Source: an uncultured Planctomycetota bacterium (GTDB lineage: Bacteria; Planctomycetota; Phycisphaerae; Tepidisphaerales; Tepidisphaeraceae). Taken from it: DNA of 64,000 bases. The stretch lies in assembly GCA_963841915.1 (NCBI GenBank), contig CAWJEN010000004.1:64001-128000 (forward strand), written 5' to 3'. A program made the position numbers and the translations under genes. Positions 50,393 to 61,200 of this stretch are shown here, in pieces; the first letter of the stretch is position 1; each line of letters begins with the position of its first letter. A model generated the notes under the pieces. That model had not been told where the DNA came from. It saw only the letters and a list, made by a program, of their open reading frames with translations, and searched no databases.

Positions 50393-52234
50393 TTGACCGA
50401 CGACGCCGAACAGCTTCAATCGCGACTCCACGGAGATCGACGCTGGTTTACGCTCGCCGCGGTCGGCACGTTCTTGACGCTGGCCCTGCAGTACAAGCTC
50501 CACTGGACGCCCGGCGGTGACAGCGACTTCTTCGTCAGCGTTGCCCGAAACCTCGCCCGCGGCGACGGCTACACCTACAACGGCGAGGGCGTGGCGATCA
50601 GCCCGCCGGGTTGGCCTTGGTTCCTGAGCGGTTTGATGCGGGTCATGCCCGACTTCGCCTTTCTGAACCTGGTGCAGAGCCTGCTCCTCTGGGCGGGCCT
50701 TTTGCTGTTCTACCCGCTTTGTCGGGCACTGACAGGCCCGCCCACTGCGGCCGTTGCGGTCCTGGTCACCGCGTTCCTTCACCCGGTCTACCCGCTGGCA
50801 GGGTGGATGCACTCCGAGCCGCTCTACCTCGTCCTTGTCAACGCGGCGGTGTGGGCGGGGCTGAGCTATAGCCGCGTCATGGGTCGAAACAGGTGGCTCT
50901 GGATCGCAGCGGCAACGCTCATCGCCATCGTCGGCATCACGGTGCGGTGGACGGGGTTGTTCCACTGGTTATTGGTGGCCTCCGCCTTGCTATCCGGCGT
51001 CGGACATCGGCGGCCGATGAGTATCGGCGCCGCTCGTCTAGGGCCGACCCTCGCCGCCGGCCTCATCGTGGCCGGCGCATTCCAGTGGTTGTTCACCACG
51101 ATGAAGGTGACGACGGACCTAGCCCGGCCGAGCTACACGCAGGTCGTTTCAGGAGAGCCTGAACAAATACCGACGCCGACGCAGCAGCTTGACGGCCCGG
51201 CGACGCTACCTGGCACGCTGGTTGATCCTGCCGGTGGCAGCCCGCTCGGAGCCGACAACCTGGGCGGTGTAGGCGCGGACGGATCCGCCGGTGTTGCCGT
51301 TCAGGAAGCCCTTGGGCACGGGGACTTCCTGGCCGACGGCCGGAGCCGAAGTCAAGCGGCCGAGTACGCGTCGCGGCTTTCAGCGCTTGGCACTTGGACA
51401 AGCTGGCTCCTCTGGTATCCGAGTCGATTCGCCAGCGGCCTCGGCACCGTCTCCATCGCCGTCGGTGCTGTCGGCTGGGTCGCGCTCGGCTTCTACGCCG
51501 TCGGCTGGCACACGCTCGGGCGGGAAGGGCGATGGCTCGCAGGTGGCGTGCTGGCTTACGTCGTTGTCATCGCACTTGTGTGGCCAAACCCAAACGCGCG
51601 TTACCTCGTGCCGGTCGCGCCACTGTTTTTGATCGTCGTCATGCTCGGGCTGCGAAGGCTCGGCAAGCTGTGGCCGATAGCAATGGTCACTTCGGTGCTG
51701 CTTGCGAACTTGCCGTTGTACCTGGTCGATGCTTACCTCTCGCGGGTGCCGGGCGCAGCGACCGTTCATTATGAAGCCGGCGACGCCGCGTCCCTCGCAG
51801 CCGCTTGCCAAGTTCTTCGTGATGCAGACATCAGCACCGGCGACGTCGTGGTGAGCGAGCGGTACGTCAACTTTGGCAGAGTCCGCCGCCTGCGGACCGG
51901 GTCGCGGAGCGCGCAGGTCCTGCTCGATGTCGACATTCGCGCGATTCCGCGGCAGGTACCCGATGTGCCCGAGTCCCCGGCCTTAGCGCGACACCTTAAG
52001 TCCGTCGGCGCGTCGTACTACTTCTTCCAAGAGCCGGCTGTGCCGTGGCGACTGTGGCACGTTCGCATGCCGATGTGGCTGCAGACGCGGCTCAGCAATG
52101 ATCCGGTTGCACGGAGCAGCGGCGGCTGGGAGCTGTATCAGCTCGACCGATCAGCTGAACGGCCGCGACTTGTGCGGGTTCCCGTCGAAGTCGACGATAC
52201 ATTCCGCTGGCCACGCCGTGTGCCGGGGCTTTAA
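50393..52234 (+). CDS. GT-C fold membrane glycosyltransferase 3
   Basis: WTPGGDSDFF.SVARN..RGDG, PPGWP, HSEPLY, NARYLVP; ends RVPGL, like RVPDL in paralog 2. Confidence 0.75.
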   Translation: MTDDAEQLQSRLHGDRRWFTLAAVGTFLTLALQYKLHWTPGGDSDFFVSVARNLARGDGYTYNGEGVAISPPGWPWFLSGLMRVMPDFAFLNLVQSLLLWAGLLLFYPLCRALTGPPTAAVAVLVTAFLHPVYPLAGWMHSEPLYLVLVNAAVWAGLSYSRVMGRNRWLWIAAATLIAIVGITVRWTGLFHWLLVASALLSGVGHRRPMSIGAARLGPTLAAGLIVAGAFQWLFTTMKVTTDLARPSYTQVVSGEPEQIPTPTQQLDGPATLPGTLVDPAGGSPLGADNLGGVGADGSAGVAVQEALGHGDFLADGRSRSQAAEYASRLSALGTWTSWLLWYPSRFASGLGTVSIAVGAVGWVALGFYAVGWHTLGREGRWLAGGVLAYVVVIALVWPNPNARYLVPVAPLFLIVVMLGLRRLGKLWPIAMVTSVLLANLPLYLVDAYLSRVPGAATVHYEAGDAASLAAACQVLRDADISTGDVVVSERYVNFGRVRRLRTGSRSAQVLLDVDIRAIPRQVPDVPESPALARHLKSVGASYYFFQEPAVPWRLWHVRMPMWLQTRLSNDPVARSSGGWELYQLDRSAERPRLVRVPVEVDDTFRWPRRVPGL

Positions 52235-52267
52235 GCAGTTGGCTTCAACCCGTCCGTACGCTGCGGC

Positions 52268-53281
52268 GTGGATCCGTTGTCTCAAGCTGTTGTCGGTGCT
52301 GCCGTCGCTCACGCCTTCGTCGGCCGAAAGCTGCCCCGCGCAGCGGCAGTCATCGGCGCATTAGCCGGAATGTCGCCCGACCTCGACATCTTCATCCCGA
52401 CTATCGGCGACCCGACGGCTGGTTGGGTCTGGCACCGCGGCCCGACGCACAGCTTCGTCGCCGTTCCGGTGCTGGCGCTGCTGACCACGCTCGTCTTCAT
52501 GCTTGTAAAGTCAATGCGGCCTCACAAGCTCACTGTCCTGACTGCGGCCGCATTGGGCGTCGCCACACACGCACCGCTCGATGCGCTGACGACCTACGGC
52601 ACCGTCCTGTTCTGGCCGTTCACCGACTACCGGGTTGCGATCGACTGGATGCCGATCATCGACCCGATCTTCACGTTCACGCTCGTCGGCCTGATGATCG
52701 TGGCGACGTGGCGAAAGCTGGTGCCGCTGAGCATCGCCGCGTGCGTGTTCGGCGGCATGTACATCGGCTTTGGTGCTTGGCAGCACGGCAGAGCGATGCA
52801 GGCAGTCGAAGCGCTCGCAGACGCCCGCGGGCACGTGCCGTCGCGGGTCTTTGCCATGCCGTCACCCGGGGCTCTGTCGGCCTGGCGTGGCCTTTACGAG
52901 GTGAATGGCACACTGCACGCTGACGGCATCTTCGTCCCTTACGTCGGAGAGACTCGCGTTCGCGTCGGGACGTCACGCGCCCTCAGCGCGTTAATCGGCG
53001 AGCCGGAAAGCGACAGGCGACACCACTTCGACACTTTCAGTTGGTTCAGCTTGAACACGCTTGTCCCGCCTGACGAGTCGAAACCGATGCTTGTCGGCGA
53101 CGGCCGCTACTCAAGCGATCCGGCCGGCTTTGTGCCGCTGTGGGGACTCGACTTCACCGGCGGCGGTGAGCCGACCCGCTTCAACGGTCGCGGCGACTTC
53201 ACCGTCGGCAGCCTGTTCGACGCGATGCTCGGCCGTGACGAGCGATACCTTCCGCTAGACACAGCGGCAACAACACGTTAG
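52268..53281 (+). CDS. Membrane metal-dependent hydrolase (YdjM / LexA-binding inner-membrane family)
   Basis: DPLSQ, PDLD, HRGPTHS, THAPLDALTTYG, IIDP. Confidence 0.88.
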   Translation: MDPLSQAVVGAAVAHAFVGRKLPRAAAVIGALAGMSPDLDIFIPTIGDPTAGWVWHRGPTHSFVAVPVLALLTTLVFMLVKSMRPHKLTVLTAAALGVATHAPLDALTTYGTVLFWPFTDYRVAIDWMPIIDPIFTFTLVGLMIVATWRKLVPLSIAACVFGGMYIGFGAWQHGRAMQAVEALADARGHVPSRVFAMPSPGALSAWRGLYEVNGTLHADGIFVPYVGETRVRVGTSRALSALIGEPESDRRHHFDTFSWFSLNTLVPPDESKPMLVGDGRYSSDPAGFVPLWGLDFTGGGEPTRFNGRGDFTVGSLFDAMLGRDERYLPLDTAATTR

Positions 53282-53291
53282 CGTGCTCCGC

Positions 53292-53852
53292 ATGACGGAC
53301 GCTCCAGCTTTACAGCAGCCACCCGGCAATTTGTCCAGCCAACCCGGCAAATCTAATGGTCTCTCCGTCGCCGCGCTCGTCGTCGGCATCGTGGGCGTCG
53401 TTTTGGCGTTCATCCCTTGCGTCAACATCATCGGCATGTTGCTGGGGCTGATTGCTCTCGTGCTCGGCATCATCGGATGGGTGCAGGCTGGCAAGGATCC
53501 GGCAGCCAAGAAAGGCACCGCCATCGCCGGAGTGGTCCTCGGTGTCGCAGCCATCGTAATAGCCGTCATTGTCAACACTCTCGTTAGTGCCGCTGTGACT
53601 ACCGCGGCCCAAAGTGCCGGCGGCAAAATCGGTCAGGGCATCGAGATGGCAGAAGCGACTACCGAAGCGGAGACGCTGTACGCAAAAGCGCGAGAAGCTG
53701 GCGTCGACGAGAGCAAGATCGACGCGGCCAAGGAGAAGTTCGATAATGACATGGCCACCTTCATGGCCGACTCCTTCGACAGCCGTGCCGAGGCTGAAAC
53801 TGCAGCAGCGGAGAAGCTCGACACACTGCGTGATGAGCTCGGTTTAGATTGA
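53292..53852 (+). CDS. DUF4190-like membrane protein with helical periplasmic tail
   Basis: SNGLSVAALVVGIVG ... ALVLGIIG ... KGTAIAGVVLG. Confidence 0.7.
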   Translation: MTDAPALQQPPGNLSSQPGKSNGLSVAALVVGIVGVVLAFIPCVNIIGMLLGLIALVLGIIGWVQAGKDPAAKKGTAIAGVVLGVAAIVIAVIVNTLVSAAVTTAAQSAGGKIGQGIEMAEATTEAETLYAKAREAGVDESKIDAAKEKFDNDMATFMADSFDSRAEAETAAAEKLDTLRDELGLD

Positions 53853-53872
53853 GTCGCGACGACCTTCAGACG

Positions 53873-54529
53873 ATGTATGCTGCACACGTCATTCTCGCCA
53901 CTGCATTGCTTGCTGTCGGTTCTGGCTGCGACAACGGTGATGATGTGGAGCTTGCCCGGGCATCCTCTGGCCAAGCTGCCACGCCACCGCCGATGGAGTT
54001 TCGCGTCGTCGAGAAGCACCTGGCGGCCGCGTCGGCGGTGCCGGTGCCGGGGGGCGTGCTGGTGGTTCGACCGCCGACTGGTTGGCTAAGCCTGCCGCCT
54101 TCGCAGATCAAGGACGAGTTGCCGCTCGCCAACTGGCTCTCGGGTGAGACGGCAACGTTTGCTGTTTTTGATCGCTCTTCCGGAACACCGGCGACGCGAC
54201 CTGCCTCAATCAAGCGGGGCGAATTTGTACTGAACGGCACGACAATCGAGCAACTTCTGTACGTCGGCCCGTCGACCACGACATTTACAATCCTCCTGCC
54301 GCCGCAAGACGGCAGGCGTGGAGAGGTCGAACTGACTGCTCCCAACGAACACTACCAGCGGTTGCTGCCCGTCATCGAGTCGACGATCGGCAGCCTCCGT
54401 TTTGATCCTGCAGAAGTCGATGCGAGTCCTTCGGCCTCGCCTGTCGATACACCTCTGCAGCACCTGTCTAGCGGCCTCAGCACAGTGCGGGCCGCACCTT
54501 TTTCTCTAGTTGGAGATGTCCGCACATGA
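53873..54529 (+). CDS. Hypothetical lipoprotein
   Basis: LLAVGSG-C lipobox-like sequence. Confidence 0.5.
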   Translation: MYAAHVILATALLAVGSGCDNGDDVELARASSGQAATPPPMEFRVVEKHLAAASAVPVPGGVLVVRPPTGWLSLPPSQIKDELPLANWLSGETATFAVFDRSSGTPATRPASIKRGEFVLNGTTIEQLLYVGPSTTTFTILLPPQDGRRGEVELTAPNEHYQRLLPVIESTIGSLRFDPAEVDASPSASPVDTPLQHLSSGLSTVRAAPFSLVGDVRT

Positions 54530-54873
54530 CTGACCTAGTTCTCGTCCCGGCCCGCCGCGTTCGCGCCGCCGCCACCCGCGTCATCGCAATGGCCCTCGTT
54601 GCCTGCGTGCTGCTCACCACCGCCACCGGCTGCTTCACGCAGTCCGTTCCCTTCGGCTCCGGTGGCACCGGTGCCAGCGAGCAGGAGTTCAACCAGTGGT
54701 TCGTCCTCTGGGGCCTGGTCCCGATCACCGAAATTGAGGAAGATGTCACTGCCGCCATTGGTGGCACAACGGACTACACGCTCACGAGCGAGTTCACCCC
54801 GATCGACTGCGTCATCAACATCTTCACGAGCGTCGTGACGGTCTACCGCAAGTCGATGATCGTCGAGAAGTAG
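54526..54873 (+). CDS. Bor/Iss-like small lipoprotein
   Basis: ATG-C lipobox; QWFVLWGLVP motif; GGAG SD. Confidence 0.65.
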   Translation: MTDLVLVPARRVRAAATRVIAMALVACVLLTTATGCFTQSVPFGSGGTGASEQEFNQWFVLWGLVPITEIEEDVTAAIGGTTDYTLTSEFTPIDCVINIFTSVVTVYRKSMIVEK

Positions 54874-54897
54874 CCTCGACACCACGACTTGAACGTA

Positions 54898-54937
54898 AAA
54901 GCAAGCTGCCGCGTCCTTGGACGCGGCAGCTTGCTTT
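54898..54937. terminator. Bidirectional rho-independent terminator
   Basis: AAAGCAAGCTGCCGCGTCC-tt-GGACGCGGCAGCTTGCTTT perfect inverted repeat between convergent genes. Confidence 0.85.
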
Positions 54938-54960
54938 CTCATCGTCCGCCAGCTTCAACT

Positions 54961-55455
54961 TTATCGAGAAGGTCCGGCGCTGGTTCGCTTCGACACCTTC
55001 TTCTTTTTCCGCAGGCTGTCACCCGCCGCGTCTCGGGCAGCTTCAACCTGTGCCTTGTCGTCGTAGTCACCTTCCGGCGGAAGCAGGTAGAGCCGGACCG
55101 TGCCCGGGTTGGGCGTCACAATAGCTCCGCTGACAATGTCAACGCCGGTGCCAATCAGCCCACCGATGAGGATGTTACCGAAGACGGCCGGATTGAATGC
55201 TGGCGTGATTTCACGGCTATAGGAGGCAAATCCGTCCCGCTCGATCCGCAGACGATGCCTATCCCGGCGGGCAACGCTCAGTGTTAGCGGTGTTTTGCCT
55301 TGAAACGCATCGTTCAGGTAAACTGATGCGCCTGCCGGCTCCGATTGAACCCGCACAGGCCGATTTGAGCCGCCGGTCATGATGGTCGCACACCCGCTGA
55401 GCGACAGTAAAAGTGCTACTGAAATGGCAAACAACGGCAACTTGCTGAGATACAA
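54961..55455 (-). CDS. PEGA-domain lipoprotein
   Basis: LSG-CATIMTG, SEPAGASVYLN..GKTP, GNILIGGLIGTGVDIVSGA; AGGAG SD before TTG. Confidence 0.85.
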   Translation of the reverse strand: MYLSKLPLFAISVALLLSLSGCATIMTGGSNRPVRVQSEPAGASVYLNDAFQGKTPLTLSVARRDRHRLRIERDGFASYSREITPAFNPAVFGNILIGGLIGTGVDIVSGAIVTPNPGTVRLYLLPPEGDYDDKAQVEAARDAAGDSLRKKKKVSKRTSAGPSR

Positions 55456-55582
55456 AGGTCTCTCCTAAAGTCGAAAGGAACAACTATGGCAACCCGCACC
55501 CGGGAACCTGCGGCCAAACCTAAGGCGTCGTATGGCCGCACGCAAGTAGGAGTGGCAACTCAGGCCGCCATAGTCTGCGGAC

Positions 55583-56761
55583 GTGCCACGACCTGATCAG
55601 CCTGTCCTGCCCGGCTCGACCATCGGCCTGCTCGGCGGCGGTCAACTCGGTCGCATGTTCGGCATCGCTGCGCGTCGCATGGGCTACCGCGTTCACGCAC
55701 TCGATCCGTCGCTCGATTGTCCGGCCGGTCAGGTAGCCGACGTGGAGATCAACCGCCCGTACGACGACATCGATGCCGCCCGCAACTTTGCAAACCACTG
55801 CGATGTGGTGACGTTTGAGTTCGAGAACGTGCCTGCCGAGACGCTGGAGCAGATCGAAGCCATCACACCGGTTCATCCTTCGCCGAACGTGCTGCACACG
55901 ACGCGGCATCGTCTTCGAGAGAAGCAGTTCCTCAAAGAAGAAGGCATTCCACACGCGGTTTGGAAGGCCGTGCATTCACCGGCCGAAGTGGTCGAGGCAT
56001 CTAAGGCGCTTGCAGAGGGCATCTTGAAAACCGCACTCTTCGGATACGACGGCAAGGGCCAGTCGCGCCTGCCGCCGCGGGCCCCGCTGGAGACAATCGA
56101 GGCCGCCTGGCAGAAGCTCGGCAACCCCGACGTCGCCGTCTTCGAGCAGCTCGTGCCCTTCGAAGCGGAGGTGAGCGTCGTCATCGCCCGAACAACAACC
56201 GGGCAGATCAAGGCGTTTCCTGTGGGTCGCAATGACCACGCCAGCGGCATCCTTGATGTCACCGTTGTGCCCAGCGGCTTCGGTGACGCGGTCGAGCAAC
56301 GGGCCATAGCTGTTGCGACGGACGTGGCTGACAAGCTCAGCGTCGTTGGGCTCATCGCTGTCGAGCTATTTGTCGTTCCCGACGAACACGGCGGCGGTGG
56401 GTACGACCTACTCGTCAACGAGATCGCGCCGCGTACGCATAACAGCGGCCACTGGACCTTCGACGCATGCGTGACAAGCCAATTTGAGCAGCAATTGCGA
56501 GCCGTCTGCGGACTGCCGCTCGGTGAAGTCACGCCCACACCCGGGGGCGTTGCGATGGCCAACTTGCTGGGAGACCTTTGGGAACACGGCGACCCCGACT
56601 GGGCGGCGGCATTGTCACTGCAGAACGTCAAGCTGCATCTGTACGGCAAGACGCAAGCCCGGCCCGGCCGCAAGATGGGTCACCTTGTCGCGACGGCCGA
56701 CACGCCCGAGAAAGCTAAACGAGACGTGCTCGAGGCACGAAGGCGACTCACAACCAGCTAA
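55583..56761 (+). CDS. purK: N5-carboxyaminoimidazole ribonucleotide synthase
   Basis: GLLGGGQLGRM, TFEFENV, GYDGKGQ, NEIAPRTHNSGH, HLYGK..RPGRKMGH. Confidence 0.96.
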   Translation: MPRPDQPVLPGSTIGLLGGGQLGRMFGIAARRMGYRVHALDPSLDCPAGQVADVEINRPYDDIDAARNFANHCDVVTFEFENVPAETLEQIEAITPVHPSPNVLHTTRHRLREKQFLKEEGIPHAVWKAVHSPAEVVEASKALAEGILKTALFGYDGKGQSRLPPRAPLETIEAAWQKLGNPDVAVFEQLVPFEAEVSVVIARTTTGQIKAFPVGRNDHASGILDVTVVPSGFGDAVEQRAIAVATDVADKLSVVGLIAVELFVVPDEHGGGGYDLLVNEIAPRTHNSGHWTFDACVTSQFEQQLRAVCGLPLGEVTPTPGGVAMANLLGDLWEHGDPDWAAALSLQNVKLHLYGKTQARPGRKMGHLVATADTPEKAKRDVLEARRRLTTS

Positions 56762-56812
56762 ATTCTGGCTGCCGGCTTGGCAGAGGCAATCACGTAGCAC
56801 ACACTGCACCTC

Positions 56813-58138
56813 GTGCCGTCCAGCGCCACCCGCAGCCGCCTGTTGCTCTTGCTGGCGACCGTTGTGGCAGTGTTAACCGCGGGACTCTGCCTGCAAGGGA
56901 TCCGCAAAGTGTCGGCGGGAGTTGAAGATCTCGCGGTATCGCAGGACGTTCGACAGGTCATCGGCCCGCCGATCGATCTGCGGCTGCGTTGGGTCGAGTG
57001 GCGGTACATCTTTGAACACGGGCAGAATCCGTTTGATGTCTACCTGGCCGATGAACCCGAAGGCCCGGTGGCAGGTGGCGCGGCTGCGATCGAGGAGCGT
57101 GCGCCCGAGTCGCTTGCGGTGGACAATATGTTGGGGCCTGTGTTGCGAGCGCCGTATCCGCCGTGGGCCTACCCGCTGGCGACGCCAATTTGGTCGCTGC
57201 CTTGGCCGATCGCCCGCCTGGCGATGGCGGTGGTGTCGGTGCTGTCAATTGGGGCCATTTCGTTGCACGCGTGGCGGACGGGCAGACGCGGGTTCCGACT
57301 CAGCGGGTTGTTGGCCATCGCCATTGTTGTCGGTGCGGCGCATCACTACACGGCACTGCGGCTGGGGCAGCCGACGCAGGCTGTCGTCGCTGCCCTTGCC
57401 CTGGCGGCGGCGGCGTTGCATCGGCGGTGGCATGTGGCGGCCGGCGTGCTCGTCGCGCTGGCCATGCTTAAACCGACAATCGCTGCGCCATTTGTTGTGG
57501 TCCTCATGGTCAGCGGCGCGTGGCGGTCAGTGGCCTCTTGCGGCATCACGCTTATCGTCTCGTCGTGCATCCCGTGGCTACTTACCGGCGTGACGCCTTG
57601 GCACATGGTGAGTCAGATGCGGCTGATCGCCGAGGCCATCGAAGTGGGCAAGGAAGGGGCTGCCGGCCCAATCGCATGGTTCATCGACGTCGGCCTGACA
57701 CCAGCCATGGCGGCCCGGGTGACGGCGTTGCTTGTCGTCGGGTTCTTTACAGCTTTGCTGTGGCGATTTCGCAAGCGGCACGTCTCGGTGCTGTTTGCCA
57801 TCGCGGCGTTGGGGTCGGTGTTGTGGACGCATCAAAAGCCTTACGACGAGCTCGTCATGCTCCTGATTGCAGGGCCGATACTCGGGTTGCTCGGTCGCAT
57901 GCTCGTTCGTTGGCGAGACGGTGAACGAGACCTGCCGTGGGCGGCGTTGCTGGTCACGCTGACGTATGTGCTGTCGATGGCGCACCTGGGCCTGCCTCAC
58001 GCTATCGGTGGCAGCGGGGGCGATGCGTGGGTTGCGGCGCAGATCGGCTGCTGGACATTGTGCGTCTCGTTGCTGCTCCTGGAGCGGCGACTGTTACGGC
58101 TGCGGGAACCGGTGCCGTCGACGCTGCTACCGCGGTAG
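56813..58138 (+). CDS. GT87/DUF2029-like membrane glycosyltransferase
   Basis: DL, YPPW, LGQ, LKP, YDEL motifs; polytopic. Confidence 0.75.
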   Translation: MPSSATRSRLLLLLATVVAVLTAGLCLQGIRKVSAGVEDLAVSQDVRQVIGPPIDLRLRWVEWRYIFEHGQNPFDVYLADEPEGPVAGGAAAIEERAPESLAVDNMLGPVLRAPYPPWAYPLATPIWSLPWPIARLAMAVVSVLSIGAISLHAWRTGRRGFRLSGLLAIAIVVGAAHHYTALRLGQPTQAVVAALALAAAALHRRWHVAAGVLVALAMLKPTIAAPFVVVLMVSGAWRSVASCGITLIVSSCIPWLLTGVTPWHMVSQMRLIAEAIEVGKEGAAGPIAWFIDVGLTPAMAARVTALLVVGFFTALLWRFRKRHVSVLFAIAALGSVLWTHQKPYDELVMLLIAGPILGLLGRMLVRWRDGERDLPWAALLVTLTYVLSMAHLGLPHAIGGSGGDAWVAAQIGCWTLCVSLLLLERRLLRLREPVPSTLLPR

Positions 58139-58230
58139 GATGCTGGCGGCCGATAATCTGTTCGCACCGTTGATCCGTCGCACGCGTGGGCAGTCTAAAG
58201 CCGGCCTCTCCACCACTGTCGCCACCACCG

Positions 58231-61200
58231 ATGCCAAAGCTCGCCACCCGCCGTCTCGCCCGCGCTGCCGTAGAAACCCTTGAAACTCGTCGCTTGCTCG
58301 CCTTCAGCGGTCAGAGCTTCGACCTGCCGCTCCGGTACGACTTCACCACCCAGGCGAACGGCGTCGAAGATGCGGCTGGGTTAAACGTCGGCTTCCCGAT
58401 CGTCCAGGGCAACGACAACAACGACGAGCTCGACTCCACGTTGATCGACCTGGACACAGCGGCAGGCCTGCTTCGCGTGACGTCCAGCGGCAACGCGACC
58501 AACGGTAGCAACTTCGGAGACGACAACTCGCTCGTCAACGGCCTGCAACTACCCTTCGACGCAACGAGCGACTGGCTCGTCCACACACGCGTCGCCTTGG
58601 CCGGTGACACGCTCGACGGCATCAGCGAAGGCTTCGAGCAGTTCGGCCTGATGATCGGGCCCAGCCAGGACAACTACGTCAAGCTCGTCTTCGCCCACGA
58701 CGGCAGCGACAACATCGTCCAGTTCCTGGTAGAAACGACAAACACGACGTCAACGGCCACCCGCTTCCCGCTCGGCGAAGGCGGGGCGACCAGCGACGTC
58801 GCCGCCGTCACGGGTGTCAACCTCGGCAGCGCAGAATACATTGACCTTTGGCTCGCCGGCGACGCGTCGACGGGCGTCATCTCTGCGCAATACCGCGTCG
58901 AAGGCGGCGTGTCGACCCGCTTCACCGAAACCTACACCGCCGTCGAAGGGCTGTTCCGCAGCCAGTCGCGGGCAGGCCTAATTGTCGCCCACAAGAACGA
59001 CGGCGACGCCATCACGGCCGAGTTCGACGACTTCGAGGTCACACGCGAGGCATTGCCCAACACGCGACCGGCCGTCGGTGAAGTGCGACCCGGCGACGAT
59101 GCCGACAACGTCTTTCGCGATGAGTTTGTCGCCGTTGACCTTGTCCTTCCCAACGCCAGCGTCAGCGGCGACACGCTGACGCCGGCCAATGTCTTCCTGA
59201 CCCGCGACAGCGACGGCCTTCGCGTGCCTTCCGAGATCAACACGACGGGCGGCGGTGATGCGATCGTCCTGACGCCCGACCGCGCGCTCGATGCTGACAC
59301 CGACTACACGTTCACGATCACCGGCGGCGTGACGGACCTGTTCGGCGTCGCCTTCGAGCCCTTCGAAAGCTCGTTCACCACCAACTTCGAGCTTAGCGGC
59401 CAAGGCGGCTCACTCGGCGGCGTCGCCTTCGAGCAGATCGACCTGCCCGCGGCCGACGGGACGATCTGGTCGAGCGTGACCATCGGCCCCGACGGCCGCC
59501 TCTATGCCACTGCCATCGATGGTGAGATCAAGCGATTCGACATCAACGCTGACGGCACGCTCGCCACGGGCGAGAGCATCACGAGCCTCACGGATGCCGA
59601 AGGTGCCGACCGCGTCGTCACCGGCCTCGTTTTTGCCCCGGACGCGACGGCAAGCAATCTCGTCGCCTACGTCACCCACACGCAGTTCAACGACGTCACG
59701 ACGAGCAACCCGAGCGAACTTGGCGACGACTTCACCGGCAAGCTCAGCCGCCTCAGCGGGCCTTCGCTCGGCACCGTCACCGACCTCGTCGACGGCCTGC
59801 CCCGCAGCATCCGCGACCACCTGACGAACCAGCCCGTCTTTGGTCCCGATGGCCGCATCTACATCGGCCAGGGGGCCAACAACGCGATGGGCGCTCCCGA
59901 CGCCGCCTGGGGTTTCCGCGAAGAACAGCTACTCAGCGGCAACGTCCTGGCCGTCGACATCGACGCCATTGAGGCAGGCGGCACCGCTATCAATGTCCGC
60001 ACCGGCAGTGCAGGCAGCTACGACCCGCTCGCCGACGACGCCCCCGTCACCATCTACGGCGAAGGCGTCCGAAACGCGTACAACGTGCTGTTCCACTCCA
60101 ACGGCAGCCTGTACGCCCCGACAAACGGCTCTGCCGCCGGTGGCAACACGCCGGCCGCGCCCGACGGGTCAGCCGTCGGCCTCAACAACGTCTCGCAGAC
60201 GCAAAACGACTACCTGTTCCGCATCGAAGATGGCGGCTACTACGGACACCCCAACCCGACGCTCGGCAACTATGTGCTCGGCGGTGGCAATCCTACTAGT
60301 GGCGCCGACGTCGCGCAAGTTGACGCCTATCCCATCGGCACGCTGCCCGAGGACAACTACGGCGGATTCGCCTACGACTTCGGCAAGAACCAGTCGCCCA
60401 ACGGTGCGATCGAGTTCAATGCCGACGTCTTCGACAACGCTCTCAATGGCAAGCTCATCGTCACCCGCTTCTCCGGCGGTGACGATCTCATTGTCCTTGA
60501 CGTCAACGACAACGGCACCGTCACCGGTGGCACGACCGGCATCCCCGGCTTCGACCAGCTCAGCGACCCGCTCGACCTCGTGCAAACCGCAGGCGGCAGC
60601 CTGTACGTCAGCGAGTACGGCTCGCAAACGATCACGCTGCTCAAGCCCGTCGCCACGGGCGGATCGGCCAAGGAAGCCAGCAAGCAGATCTTCATCGACG
60701 CCGCCGCCGGTGAGGGCGAGCTTCGCCCGCTCGTGATTCGCAACACCGGCACCGAGCCGCTCATCGTCAATCCCTACACGCTCGGCATCACCGGGGCCGA
60801 CAAGGACTTGTTCGAGTACGTCAACGCACCGACGACGGCCGTCACCGTGCAGCCCGGCGGGGCAGCATCGTTCGACGTCCGCTTCAACGCACCGGCCGAT
60901 GCCAACGTCGGCGACACGTTCACAGCCGTCGCCTTCGTGCGTACGAGCGATGAAAATGCCCCTGAGGTCGGCGCGACCGTCACCGGCTTTGTCAGGCGCG
61001 GCATTGATGGGGCCAACGAACCGTCGCTCCAGGACATCTTCGACCTCTATGACCTCGGCATCACGACGGGCGACCCCGATCCCGATACGACCGAGATCGA
61101 ACAGGACGAACTCGGCGGCATTGACGCACAGCTCTTCCGCCCGGCCGACCCGAGCAAGCCCATCGCGATCGAAGTGATCGGCAGCTACAGCCCCGAGCGC

